64,000 nt of DNA from assembly GCA_002774875.1 (NCBI GenBank), contig PCYM01000001.1:246153-310152 (forward strand). Reading direction: 5' to 3'. Both the position numbers and the translations under genes were made by a program. This DNA comes from Candidatus Uhrbacteria bacterium CG10_big_fil_rev_8_21_14_0_10_50_16. Its GTDB lineage: Bacteria > Patescibacteriota > Patescibacteriia > UBA9934 > UBA11717. How positions within the stretch are numbered: position 1 is the stretch's first letter; every line of letters begins with the position of its first letter. Of this stretch, positions 9,489 through 19,447 are shown in pieces. The notes beneath the pieces are model-generated. The model had not been told where the DNA came from and searched no databases. It saw only the letters and a list, made by a program, of their open reading frames with translations.

Positions 9489-11630
9489 CTACAACCGTTT
9501 TAATCGCAATGAATTGAGAAGTACCGAGATAGAGGAAAACGCCATAGCACCTGCTGCGATCATTGGATTCAACAATCCTAGCGCCGCCAACGGGATACCT
9601 AACACATTATACAGGAACGCCCAAAATAGATTCTGTTTTATGGCGTTGAACGTCTTGCGCGAGATATAAATAGCCTCAGGAATCTTAGTTGGCTCGCCAC
9701 CCACCAGCACAATTTGACCAGACTCAATGGCAATATCCGTGCCGGTTCCCATCGCAATGCCAAGGTCCGCCTGGGTAAGAGCTGGTGCATCATTGATTCC
9801 ATCACCCACAAATGCCACACGGTTGCCTTTAGCCTGCTCCTCTTTTACGAGTCGTAGTTTATCCTCCGGCATTACCTCTGCGTGCACGTCATCAATTCCA
9901 ACGGCGTTTGCAATTGCGCGTGCCGTTTGTGTATTGTCTCCCGTGAGCATAACGGTGCGTGCGCCCATGGCCTGCAATTTTTTGATTGCCTGTTCTGCCC
10001 CTGCCTTTACAGGATCTGCAATTGCTACAAATCCCATCAATACACCCGCTTTAGAGACAAACACGACGGTCTTTGCCTCATGCTGCAGCACCTCTACCTG
10101 TTTTGTGACTATTGAATCGATCGCCTCAACCACATACGTCGCACGGCCAACACGCACGGTTTCTCCGTTGATTTCACCTTGGATTCCCTTTCCTGTTTCC
10201 GTTTGGACATTTTGAACCGGTGGCAACCCAGCCGTCCCCGCGTGTCGCACGATTGCATCTGCCAACGGATGCTCCGATAGTTTCTCCACAGCCGCCGCCA
10301 ACAAAATAAGCTCAACGTCTGATCCTTTTAGAGCAACCACGTCTGTAACGGCAGGTTTTCCCATAGTAATGGTTCCCGTTTTATCCAACATCACCACGTC
10401 CACCACCTTTCCTCGCTCCAACGCCTCACCCGACTTAATAAAGATACCGCTCTTTGCCGCACGACCCGTCCCTACTAAAATCGCCGTCGGCGTCGCTAAC
10501 CCAAGCGCGCACGGACAGGCGATCACCAGAACCGCAACCGCCGGAATCAACGCTGTTTGCAGATCACCGCTGATCAAGTACCACACAACAAACGTCACAA
10601 GCGCAATGCCAATCACAATAGGCACAAACACACCCGAAATCTGGTCTGCCAGCTTCTGCATAGGGGCCTTTTGCGCTTGTGCATCTTTGACGAGTTGTAC
10701 GATTTGCGACAACACCGATTCCCCCGCCAGCTTAGTCATCTTCACGTGGAGCGGTCCTTTTTGATTCACCGTTGCACCATACACCTGTGCACCGATCGTT
10801 TTCTTAATAGGCACACTCTCTCCTGTCAGCATGGACTCATCTATGGTTGATGTCCCTTCCGTCACTTCTCCGTCCAACGGAATCTTCTCACCTGGTCGTA
10901 CTAATACCACATCGCCAATCGCCAGTGTCTCTACATCCACATCTCTAAACGACCCGTCCTTCAACACAAGATGCGCCTGTTTTGCCCCGAGTTCGAGTAG
11001 CTTTTGAATCGCCTCGCCTGCACGCCCCTTACTCAACGCTTCAAAATACCGACCAATCAAAATCAACGCCGCAATCACCGCCGCCGTTTCAAAGTAGGCT
11101 TCTCCACTTTGTGTAATGGACCACACACTGAATACGGTCGCCACTAATGTCCCCATGGAAATAAGTGTGTCCATGTTGGCACGGCCTTTTTTGAGTTGAT
11201 TCCACGCGGTCACATGAAACCCGAGCCCCGGCCAGAAAATCACCACCAGCGTAAGCACCGCCTGAATCGCCAGACTCGACGGAATCCCAAACACCGCACC
11301 TGGCAACGAAATCTTAAACATCGCCAACACAAACACTGGAAGCGCCAATATCACGGCCGTCAGTGCCTTCTTCTTTGCCGCAGCACCCGTCTCATGCATA
11401 TGCTCATGTCCTTCCATTCCCTCCATCTTCTCGTTACGTACCGTATATCCCTCTTTTTTTACAATCTCCTCTAGAGCAGCACGATCCAAATCCGTCTCAA
11501 CCACTGCCTCTTCCGTTGCATAGTTGACGTTGGCGTTCGTTACCTCTGGCAACGCCTTAAACGCCCCTTCAATATTGACCGCGCAACTCGCACAATGCAT
11601 TCCTTCTATCTTGAGCGTATGTTTTGTCAT
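9489..11630 (-). CDS. copA: copper-exporting P1B-type ATPase
   Basis: GMHCASC HMA domain, TGES, CPC, DKTGT, GDGIND, YN and MxxSS motifs. Confidence 0.95.
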   Translation of the reverse strand: MTKHTLKIEGMHCASCAVNIEGAFKALPEVTNANVNYATEEAVVETDLDRAALEEIVKKEGYTVRNEKMEGMEGHEHMHETGAAAKKKALTAVILALPVFVLAMFKISLPGAVFGIPSSLAIQAVLTLVVIFWPGLGFHVTAWNQLKKGRANMDTLISMGTLVATVFSVWSITQSGEAYFETAAVIAALILIGRYFEALSKGRAGEAIQKLLELGAKQAHLVLKDGSFRDVDVETLAIGDVVLVRPGEKIPLDGEVTEGTSTIDESMLTGESVPIKKTIGAQVYGATVNQKGPLHVKMTKLAGESVLSQIVQLVKDAQAQKAPMQKLADQISGVFVPIVIGIALVTFVVWYLISGDLQTALIPAVAVLVIACPCALGLATPTAILVGTGRAAKSGIFIKSGEALERGKVVDVVMLDKTGTITMGKPAVTDVVALKGSDVELILLAAAVEKLSEHPLADAIVRHAGTAGLPPVQNVQTETGKGIQGEINGETVRVGRATYVVEAIDSIVTKQVEVLQHEAKTVVFVSKAGVLMGFVAIADPVKAGAEQAIKKLQAMGARTVMLTGDNTQTARAIANAVGIDDVHAEVMPEDKLRLVKEEQAKGNRVAFVGDGINDAPALTQADLGIAMGTGTDIAIESGQIVLVGGEPTKIPEAIYISRKTFNAIKQNLFWAFLYNVLGIPLAALGLLNPMIAAGAMAFSSISVLLNSLRLKRL

Positions 11631-11638
11631 AGTTTAGG

Positions 11639-12973
11639 TTATGGTGTCACAATCATGGTTCCACGGATCATTCCCATGGAACAGCTAAACGTAAACGACC
11701 CTGTCTTTGTTGGTGTAAATTGTACCAGGTTTTGACCCGTTTTAATCCGCGTGTTCACGTTAAACGCTGGTAACACAAGTGTATCGGCACATCCAAGGAA
11801 GTCGGCACCCGTAATCTTCCAATCAACAGGAACTCCCTTCTTGACCGTAAGGATATTTGGCTCATATGATCCACGCGACGTCACCTCCATTGTGACTTCT
11901 TGTCGCGCACCATTTTGCACCGCCGCTTGCCCTGCCTCAACAGGCCCAACTGACAAATATTGATCCGTGTTAATGCCAAGCAACGTCATTCCGTTTGTAA
12001 TGTTGCTCATTCCAAGCACGAGCACCACCAACCCCGCTACTTGCACGGCACGCTTGAGCGTCGTGCCCTTTGCGTAGGCGGTCAGGCTCCCAATCCCGAG
12101 TAACACCGGTGCAGTTCCAAGTGCAAACAGTGCCATCACCACACCAGACATCAATGGATCCTGCAGAGAAAGTGCCAATAGCTGCATAGACTGTGTAAAT
12201 CCACAAGGCAAGAAAAACGTTGCCGCACCCAATACGAGCGGAGCCTTGGCGTCTTTTGACTCAGCGAGATCATGAATTTTGTGCGAGAGCCACTTAGGCA
12301 TGCCCACCACGGGCGTTGGAAATATTTCCATCAAGTTGATGCCAATCACCATCATCATCACCGCAACCACAATCAAGAACACTGCGTTTAACGTAATGTT
12401 GAGTTGTAGTGCTGATCCTACAAGTCCAATAAGAGCACCCAACACAAAGAACCCGCCAATACGCCCAATGTTAAACAGAATATGTGGCCGCATGCGTTCA
12501 AATGTAGTGAGACGCTCCTGCGTTTTTGCCACCGCGCTCGACACGGCTGCCACAAGGCCACCTACCACCGCCGTGCAAGAAGACACAGACGCAATCAACC
12601 CAATCACCAAAATCCCAAGCAAACTTGAAGGCTGCGCCGATGACGGACTAATCCGCAACAATCCTGTTGCATTCAAAACAAGATACAGCGCAATTGCCAA
12701 CACCACACCCGCACCCACGCGCTGCCATTTGATTTTTGGTTTTTGCAACCCGCCTTTCTGTTTCCCTCCAACGGTATAATCATGCTTTTGCAAAAGCGTG
12801 TTGAGCTCTCCATGCGAGAATTCCTTGTCTCCCTCCGTCTCAATCGTGAGTGTCTGTTTGTTGTGCGACACGTCCACTGTAAGGATCTCCGCTTGTTGAA
12901 TTAACTCGCGCTCAATCACCACTTCGCAGCTTTTACAGTGTGTTCCCTTTACGTAAAATTGTTGTTTCGCCAT
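11639..12973 (-). CDS. HMA + DsbD_2/TauE-like membrane domain + cupredoxin fusion (heavy-metal homeostasis)
   Basis: HCKSC, FFLPCGFTQ, C-terminal FSCSMGMIRG. Confidence 0.88.
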   Translation of the reverse strand: MAKQQFYVKGTHCKSCEVVIERELIQQAEILTVDVSHNKQTLTIETEGDKEFSHGELNTLLQKHDYTVGGKQKGGLQKPKIKWQRVGAGVVLAIALYLVLNATGLLRISPSSAQPSSLLGILVIGLIASVSSCTAVVGGLVAAVSSAVAKTQERLTTFERMRPHILFNIGRIGGFFVLGALIGLVGSALQLNITLNAVFLIVVAVMMMVIGINLMEIFPTPVVGMPKWLSHKIHDLAESKDAKAPLVLGAATFFLPCGFTQSMQLLALSLQDPLMSGVVMALFALGTAPVLLGIGSLTAYAKGTTLKRAVQVAGLVVLVLGMSNITNGMTLLGINTDQYLSVGPVEAGQAAVQNGARQEVTMEVTSRGSYEPNILTVKKGVPVDWKITGADFLGCADTLVLPAFNVNTRIKTGQNLVQFTPTKTGSFTFSCSMGMIRGTMIVTP

Positions 12974-13022
12974 AGAAAAATAAAAAAGAATAAGACGTCT
13001 TCATCACGCACGATGAGATGTT

Positions 13023-13406
13023 TTATTCCCTTGCTTGCGTGGAGAGATGTTTAGATCTCCACACATGATGACTACGTAAAAATATTTTTCTATAAAGTGT
13101 CTGTCTGCGGTCAAATCTTGCGTACGCAGTAACAGGTAATAACGATACGTACGTTGATTCAAACGACGTCGATATTGCCTCCACTTTATGATGAATTGTT
13201 TGTTGTAAACAATGCTCCAAACAAGGCTCTGGATTTGCACAGGAGTCGTTGCAGACAGATTGATCGCTTGTCTGCACGGCCAGGTGCTGATCCATGTCCA
13301 CATCCATGGCCATCGCCGCATGCGACACGGGAAGCAAACCCAAAACGAGTGTCCCAATCCACAGGAGCACCCAGCGACTAGACACCCTTTTGAGATGTTT
13401 CTGCAT
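13023..13406 (-). CDS. exported Cys/His/Met-rich hypothetical protein upstream of the copper genes
   Basis: Signal-like N-terminus, MAMDVDMDQH, C-x3-C-x5-C-x3-C. Confidence 0.55.
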   Translation of the reverse strand: MQKHLKRVSSRWVLLWIGTLVLGLLPVSHAAMAMDVDMDQHLAVQTSDQSVCNDSCANPEPCLEHCLQQTIHHKVEAISTSFESTYVSLLPVTAYARFDRRQTLYRKIFLRSHHVWRSKHLSTQARE

Positions 13407-13439
13407 AACAAGATTCTATCACATCCCGTAAACAAGAGG

Positions 13440-14630
13440 CTATACCCGCGTTTTTATCCGCGTTTTACCAACCATAAGAGCCAATAAGGCGATCACAATT
13501 GTACTCGTCCCCGCAAGCACAAAACTCACATGAAACACATTCGTGAGCAGCGCCAACAGGCCAAAGAGCACAGCTTGGGACCCCATATTAAACAGGTTGC
13601 GATACATGGACGCCGAGAGCGAATCCACTTTCTCCCCACGCTCGTAGATATTGCTGTCCGTTGGGATGAGGATCATCACCGCAAAGAGACCTACAAGGAA
13701 AATGCTTCCATAATAGAAGAATGATGAGGCGAGCACGAGTCGTAACAACCAAACAAGTGCAATCATCACGCCGCCGACCGTGACTGCCCGCAAACGATGT
13801 TGCTCTTTGATTCTCCCGGCGAAAAACGTAAAGATAATCGTGGTAATGGAGGCGATGATCGGAATGATTGCCACAGACTCCACCGAGGCAAACAACGTAA
13901 AAATAAACATCGGCCAAATAATCTCCTCAGCAGCACCATGCACCCCATAGAGACTCATGGTCACATAGTCTCTTAGCCCATGTCTCCTTTCAAAAAATTG
14001 CTTAAACGTAGGCTGCGGCGTAGACGGCTTGTCTGGCAAGTCTTTTGCACGCAAGAGCGGTAAGACGGAGAGGGCTAAGAAAACGGTACTTGTAATAATC
14101 AACGCTTGTTGATGGAAGAATATGAGAATCCCGGCTCCAAACGCTGGCGCCAAAAGACCACCAAATTGTCGTACCACACTCAGCGAGCTCGTATCTTTAG
14201 AGGTTTTACCACGCTTTTTGCTGCTCTCCATAAACAAAAAGATGTGAGCCACCCAGTAGAGCGCATCGTAGACTGCGGAAAAGAAGGCCAACAAAATGAG
14301 TAGCGGCCAGTCCCCAACCCCTAACGCAAACAATACACCAAAAAAGAGGATTGACGACAACGTGCTTATAGCTATTGTCAGCCGCGCCCCCCAACGTCGT
14401 GTGCTCCAACGCGCAATAAAGTTGAGTGGGATATCAAATGCACAGTAGATAAAGTAGTACAACATCACCCGCTCCACACCATAACCCAACTGCAACAAAA
14501 AGATGGGAATAAAGACGGAGATCAGAGCGCGACCAAACACATGGATCCAAACGGAAAGTTCAAACAAGTGAAAGTCCGAGTGGAGCGCACGGTGTTTTGT
14601 GAGCGCGTGATAATGACGATAGAGCTGCAT
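13440..14630 (-). CDS. MFS transporter
   Basis: ~12 hydrophobic segments in two halves; start trimmed to MQLYRH. Confidence 0.85.
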   Translation of the reverse strand: MQLYRHYHALTKHRALHSDFHLFELSVWIHVFGRALISVFIPIFLLQLGYGVERVMLYYFIYCAFDIPLNFIARWSTRRWGARLTIAISTLSSILFFGVLFALGVGDWPLLILLAFFSAVYDALYWVAHIFLFMESSKKRGKTSKDTSSLSVVRQFGGLLAPAFGAGILIFFHQQALIITSTVFLALSVLPLLRAKDLPDKPSTPQPTFKQFFERRHGLRDYVTMSLYGVHGAAEEIIWPMFIFTLFASVESVAIIPIIASITTIIFTFFAGRIKEQHRLRAVTVGGVMIALVWLLRLVLASSFFYYGSIFLVGLFAVMILIPTDSNIYERGEKVDSLSASMYRNLFNMGSQAVLFGLLALLTNVFHVSFVLAGTSTIVIALLALMVGKTRIKTRV

Positions 14631-14692
14631 AGTGCCTACAGTATAGCAAATGTAAACGCCCGCAGGTGGCGGGCGTAGAAGCGTTGTTGATC

Positions 14693-15067
14693 CTAGGCTG
14701 CGTTGGCAGCCAACTTGGGGCACGAGAAGATGAGATCCGCGAGTTCAATTGAGGTGAGCCCGGTGGCCTCCAGCCAAACGGGAAACTCGTCCGTCACACC
14801 TTCCACCCGCCGGGAACGTGTGTCGATGCCATCCCAGTCCATGACCCTATGGAGCATCAGCCCCGCCTCAGGCGCGAATGGTCCCGTAACGAATCCCACG
14901 CAGAGCGTTCCGTTGGCAGTGCGGTCGTACACCAGAAACTTGGTGGTGTCTCTCGCTCGTGGACATACGTCCGTGATCTCCACCACGTACCAGCCCCTCG
15001 AGTAGCTCCTTACTTCACACAGCCTCTCACGCAAATCATCTCGAATTTGTGGCATTCTGCCTCCCAT
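14693..15067 (-). CDS. orphan hypothetical protein
   Basis: Open frame in a GC-richer unit; hairpin ACGCCCGC...GCGGGCGT at 14656-14677 follows the stop. Confidence 0.55.
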   Translation of the reverse strand: MGGRMPQIRDDLRERLCEVRSYSRGWYVVEITDVCPRARDTTKFLVYDRTANGTLCVGFVTGPFAPEAGLMLHRVMDWDGIDTRSRRVEGVTDEFPVWLEATGLTSIELADLIFSCPKLAANAA

Positions 15068-15296
15068 CACAAGCGTTATAATCCTCTTTTTCCGTTACGT
15101 CAATAGGTCGCTCGACACCTCGCTCCTGTGGATTCGGTTCCAACTTCTCCTTGAGCTCCCTTCGCTCGCGGACCAGTCGATCAAATTCCTTCGCTCGGGC
15201 GTGCTGTTCCCAGCTTTCTCGTCCGGAAGCAATCGCACACAGCATCAGCAACAGAAGAGCCAACAGCCAAACCATGCCCCTCCAGGACCGCTTCAT
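15036..15296 (-). CDS. orphan hypothetical protein with N-terminal signal/TM
   Basis: GAGGAGG SD and TTGACG-N17-TAGTTT promoter (15368-15340). Confidence 0.55.
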   Translation of the reverse strand: MKRSWRGMVWLLALLLLMLCAIASGRESWEQHARAKEFDRLVRERRELKEKLEPNPQERGVERPIDVTEKEDYNACDGRQNATNSR

Positions 15297-15380
15297 TTCC
15301 GCGCCTCCTCAACATCTAGCACCCGCGCCAGATAAAAAGAAACTACTCCTCGATTCTATTAACGTCAATATACAGACCAA

Positions 15381-16049
15381 CTATTCCACTTCGCCGCCGA
15401 TCTCAATCGTATCACCCAAAAACTTGGGCTGTGTGTGCAACAGGACATCCAAAAGAACCTTAACGCGCGCCAAACGCTCACGTAACCAAATACGGGGGCT
15501 CCGTGCCACAGAAACATCCTGTACGTTATAGGCAATCGCCTCAATCCCGTTGGTCTGCGCAATATAGAGTGCGCGTTGATTTTGAAATGCCTGCGAGACA
15601 ATCACAAAATTATTTTCTAAAAACACCTTGTTGGCCCGCACGACGGAGTCCCAGGTTCTAAATCCGGCGTAGTCCAAGTAGATGCGATCGGAGGGGATTC
15701 CTCGATCCAGCAGATCTGTCTGCATCATCTTTGGCTCTGAGTATTGCAGAGTTCCGTTGTCTCCGCTAATGAGGATGTAGTCGACCTTCCCCGCCTCAAA
15801 TAGTTCCACGGCGGCGTTCATACGATACGTGTAAAACAGGTTATCGCGACCGTCTGGGACATACTTACTCGTGCCAAGCAACAGCGCGGTTTTCGTATGA
15901 GGCATCTCCGCAATGCTTGTATAAGCATGACCTTCTGCGGCTTTATTAACCACAAAATCCGCATAACCTATGAGCAGAAATGCCGCAAGCCCCGCTACAA
16001 TTAACAGCGGAAGAACAAGGGATCTATTGTTTTTTACGTGCGTGTTCAT
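15381..16049 (-). CDS. sanA: SanA/YdcF (DUF218) family protein
   Basis: LLLGTSK, ILISGDN, LDYAGFRTWDS, RE.LARVK motifs. Confidence 0.9.
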   Translation of the reverse strand: MNTHVKNNRSLVLPLLIVAGLAAFLLIGYADFVVNKAAEGHAYTSIAEMPHTKTALLLGTSKYVPDGRDNLFYTYRMNAAVELFEAGKVDYILISGDNGTLQYSEPKMMQTDLLDRGIPSDRIYLDYAGFRTWDSVVRANKVFLENNFVIVSQAFQNQRALYIAQTNGIEAIAYNVQDVSVARSPRIWLRERLARVKVLLDVLLHTQPKFLGDTIEIGGEVE

Positions 16050-16198
16050 TCAGGCAATAGTAGCACAGATCCCGCAAGTAGGCGGCTTCGTGTTTAATTA
16101 ACCGACTGTCATTTCATTCATTGGCAACTATTTGATCAAAACGCTGACGTGCACTCGAGTCATTGTCACGTATTTCTTCCCATGGTACAAAGTGTTTC

Positions 16199-16864
16199 AT
16201 GAAACACTTTGCAATCATCATTGACGGCAACCGCCGATGGGCACGCGAACGCGGTCTGCCAACGTTGGAGGGACACCGACGCGGATATGAAAACGTCAAA
16301 ATCATCGGCCAGGCGGCCTTGGAGAGAGGTATTGAACACCTCACCATCTATGCGTTCTCCACAGAGAACTGGAAGCGCTCAGAAGAAGAAGTGGGCTATT
16401 TGATGGACCTTTTGTTGCGTGTGCTCACAGCGGATCGTCAATTTTTTATTAATCAAGGCGCACGAGTCCGCGTTATTGGACGTCGAGAAGGGTTGAACAA
16501 TAAAATTATTCAGGCAATACAAGAGACAGAGGCAGCAACGGCAGGTGGAACGCGAGGGCAAATCAATCTCTGTATTAACTACGGTGGGCGTGCAGAGATT
16601 GTGGATGCGGTGAATCAACTCTTTGCGGCAGGCCAAGAGGTCACCGAGGAGACAATCAACACGACCATTTGGATGCAAGGAGTCCCAGAACCAGACATAA
16701 TTGTACGCACCAGCGGTGAGCAACGGCTGTCTGGATTTCTTACATGGAGTGGCGTGTATAGCGAGCTCAAATTCATAGAAAAAAACTGGCCAGATTTTAC
16801 CGAAGCAGACCTGGACGATTGTCTGGCCGATTATGATCATCGGCAGAGGAGGTTTGGACAATAA
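16199..16864 (+). CDS. uppS: undecaprenyl diphosphate synthase
   Basis: HFAIIIDGNRRWA, YAFSTENWKR, RTSGEQRLSGFL. Confidence 0.96.
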   Translation: MKHFAIIIDGNRRWARERGLPTLEGHRRGYENVKIIGQAALERGIEHLTIYAFSTENWKRSEEEVGYLMDLLLRVLTADRQFFINQGARVRVIGRREGLNNKIIQAIQETEAATAGGTRGQINLCINYGGRAEIVDAVNQLFAAGQEVTEETINTTIWMQGVPEPDIIVRTSGEQRLSGFLTWSGVYSELKFIEKNWPDFTEADLDDCLADYDHRQRRFGQ

Positions 16865-17066
16865 ACCACCCATCTGGGTGGTTTTTATGCAGCAATATTT
16901 TTCTCTAACACGTCCACGCGTATCTCCAGCCGATCAGACCTGGAACGGCTCACTGCAAGTTCTGCATTGTAAACTTTTTGACGGCCGGCCAATCCGTCGA
17001 TGTGCACAAACACCCCGGCCCCGTGGGCTCTTTTTCGATAATAAAATGGAGGCGGAGACTGACAAC

Positions 17067-17903
17067 CTATGCAGCGGCCTCATTCTGCGCCGCAGACGTC
17101 TGTGCCTCTTCCTTTGCGGTCACAACCTCTTTGTAATTTTTTAACTTCTCTTGCAACGGGATCAGCATCTCACTGATCAGTCTGTTTCCTTGTTCCCCTT
17201 GAGAAACAGCCCGCGCAGCCAGACCATCCACACCTTCATTCTTAAGAATATCCGGCTTTTCCCTATAGGAAACTTGTCCATCCAATACCTGAAACTTCTG
17301 TACAAGCTCTTCCCCCCTCTTCTTTTCCGATAAAAAGACATCGAGCTGATTCGAAAGCCGGTCGACTAATTTTAACGCCTGTTCTCCTGGCATGTTTGTA
17401 ATTGCGTCAGTGACGTCAAATTTAGGTAAGGACCCACCATTTTTATCCTTTGCCCATCCCTTTTTTGCATAACCAAGCTGATCTCGAATCATACGGTTTA
17501 AAGATGGGAGTTCGTCAATGCCATCACGGTCTTTAATTTGAGATGCAAGCGAATCAAATAATGACGGGTTTAGCTCACGTAATACGTCGGAAATAATTTC
17601 CAGCTCAGCCCCCAACATCTCAACACTTCTACCGTTTGGATCTACGAGTTCATTAAGCTCAAGCCCGGCCTTCTGGACACCTTCTCGATCGAGATTTGCT
17701 AGTTCTGGATATCGTTCTGCAAGTTCACTAGGACTAAGTGCCTCCGTTGCCGTCTCATAGATATCCTTGAGTTTCTCATCGGCGCTTGTGAGTGACTCCA
17801 TCTCTGGAGATTGGCTCAATAACTCCGCATTCTCCTTTATTCCCTGTTCCTCTTGAGAGACCTCCTCTAAGCCAAATCCACTCTCTGAGTTTGACGTTGA
17901 CAT
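17067..17903 (-). CDS. acidic helical hypothetical protein
   Basis: Long open frame, no recognised motif. Confidence 0.65.
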   Translation of the reverse strand: MSTSNSESGFGLEEVSQEEQGIKENAELLSQSPEMESLTSADEKLKDIYETATEALSPSELAERYPELANLDREGVQKAGLELNELVDPNGRSVEMLGAELEIISDVLRELNPSLFDSLASQIKDRDGIDELPSLNRMIRDQLGYAKKGWAKDKNGGSLPKFDVTDAITNMPGEQALKLVDRLSNQLDVFLSEKKRGEELVQKFQVLDGQVSYREKPDILKNEGVDGLAARAVSQGEQGNRLISEMLIPLQEKLKNYKEVVTAKEEAQTSAAQNEAAA

Positions 17904-18072
17904 ACTTCTTACATTAATTATTGATCCCATTATAACAAAATTAACGTTTTTATTCTTCTTCGACCACTGTGCATTGCATTATTAACGTCAATTTATTACT
18001 TTCTGCTCTTATTTGAATAAATTAAGCAGGTGGTAACCTGGATGTCTTTCCAAAGGTGCAAAATGAGAGGAG

Positions 18073-18093
18073 GTGGATAAAGGGGACAGGCAC
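18073..18093 (-). repeat. dispersed GTGCCTGTCCCCTTTA(T)CCAC repeat, copy 1
   Basis: Exact reverse complement of 61697-61717; near-copy at 62746-62768. Confidence 0.8.
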
Positions 18094-18131
18094 ACGTATC
18101 CACACATGTATTTCTGCTTTCGCAGCACAAC

Positions 18132-18159
18132 AAAAAAACAAGCCTTTCAGCTTGTTTTT
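18132..18159 (-). terminator. terminator of the original host tRNA-Thr(GGU) gene
   Basis: AAAAACAAGC-TGAAAG-GCTTGTTTTTTT directly after the CCA of the 3' tRNA fragment. Confidence 0.8.
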
Positions 18160-18163
18160 CTCA

Positions 18164-18209
18164 TGGAGCCACGATCGGGAATCGAACCCGAGACCTCATC
18201 CTTACCATG
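18164..18209 (-). pseudogene. 3' half of intron-less tRNA-Thr(GGU); left att junction
   Basis: CATGGTAAGGATGAGGTCTCGGGTTCGATTCCCGATCGTGGCTCCA; homology to the tRNA stops at 18209. Confidence 0.93.
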
Positions 18210-18413
18210 AAGTTCCCATAGAAGATAATGGAGAAGAGACACTGTTTACGGAGTAAAACCACGATTTTTATCTCTAGTACCTGTCTTCTATGTAGACCAC
18301 TTTATTACCTGCAACAATAGCTCTGTTGAAAGGTTCTGATGTTCGTAATAATGTGTTAATTTTGGTAAATTGTATAGGTATTATATAGTAAAAAATTGTA
18401 TTACTCAAGCTTT

Positions 18414-18911
18414 TTACAAATTATATTTATGTAAAAATGAATCGGTTATTTCTTCCCCAAGCGTTATTCCCAGTATGGTCTTTGTATCATCTGGAGTATC
18501 TGTAGATCTTCGTGCTCGTACTTTAAGCTGGTCTAATTCTCTCATTCCATTTTCTGGTAAACGTGCCATTTTTGCAAAACTTTCGCGGCCACCTCGTCGC
18601 TTTTTCTGTATATCTTCGACACTTAAAATTTCGACACGCTTTACATCTATATACGTTGTCGTTTTCGGAAAATGTCGTGTCTGTACATCACACCATTCTT
18701 TTGGTTCAACAATTTTCGTCGTCCACCTTTTGCAGGAGCTTCCCCGTGAGGTAAGTACAATAAACGGGAAGATAGCTAACTCATCAGCTATCACCGTATT
18801 GGCTAGTTTGTATTTTACCTTCACATCACCCGTGCTTTCTTCCCTTGAGAACTCATCACGATATACCCAGCCACGCTCAACAATATTGGCCATGAGTATG
18901 GAGAGTTGCAT
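18414..18911 (-). CDS. hypothetical protein, candidate toxin partner of the Panacea-domain gene
   Basis: ATG 5 nt after the stop of the upstream Panacea gene; basic, no recognised family. Confidence 0.55.
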   Translation of the reverse strand: MQLSILMANIVERGWVYRDEFSREESTGDVKVKYKLANTVIADELAIFPFIVLTSRGSSCKRWTTKIVEPKEWCDVQTRHFPKTTTYIDVKRVEILSVEDIQKKRRGGRESFAKMARLPENGMRELDQLKVRARRSTDTPDDTKTILGITLGEEITDSFLHKYNL

Positions 18912-18916
18912 GCTAT

Positions 18917-19393
18917 CTACGCTTCAAGATTAAGAACCTCGTTGATGTGTTCATTACCACCAAGAGTTGCACCCAAAGCTTGCATAGGTGCAGTCTTGTA
19001 CGCAATGTCTGTTAGAGCCTTTGCACCGTAACCCTTTAGTGACTCCATGATTTCGTTGAACATAGCTTCCTGGACTTCCGTAATAGAAAAATCGGTATCA
19101 GTAGGTTCTTCGTTAAAATTATATACAATGTATTCCTTCCCGTCAGAAGTATATTCCGTCGTCGCAATGGCGACACCGTCGTCTATCAAAGCCTTCAAAT
19201 CATGATATATCGCTTCGTCAAATGGACCATAGGTATAGCGTCGATACACATAGCCAAAATAAACATCCTGTTCTTTTTTTCTAGCAATGAGATCCAGAAG
19301 GTACGCTAACTTCATCAAAACCGTTACCGTGGGTCGCTCGTGTCTTTGAATTAGTTGAGCGATTAATTTTTGGCGGTTTGATAATTCTGGCAT
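18917..19393 (-). CDS. Panacea (DUF4065/SocA-like) antitoxin-domain protein
   Basis: T.LMKLAYLLD...Y..YTYGPF...IY and L.DIAY.T.P motifs. Confidence 0.8.
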   Translation of the reverse strand: MPELSNRQKLIAQLIQRHERPTVTVLMKLAYLLDLIARKKEQDVYFGYVYRRYTYGPFDEAIYHDLKALIDDGVAIATTEYTSDGKEYIVYNFNEEPTDTDFSITEVQEAMFNEIMESLKGYGAKALTDIAYKTAPMQALGATLGGNEHINEVLNLEA

Positions 19394-19447
19394 ATAAACA
19401 AAGTTTACACGAACACTGAGAGCCAGTAAACGTGAGGTATGGATAAG

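Noticed and set aside
18348-18358. Third copy of the 21-bp site (ATAATGTGTTA)
   Set aside because: Only 10/11 central bases match in AT-rich DNA and the outer arms are missing.
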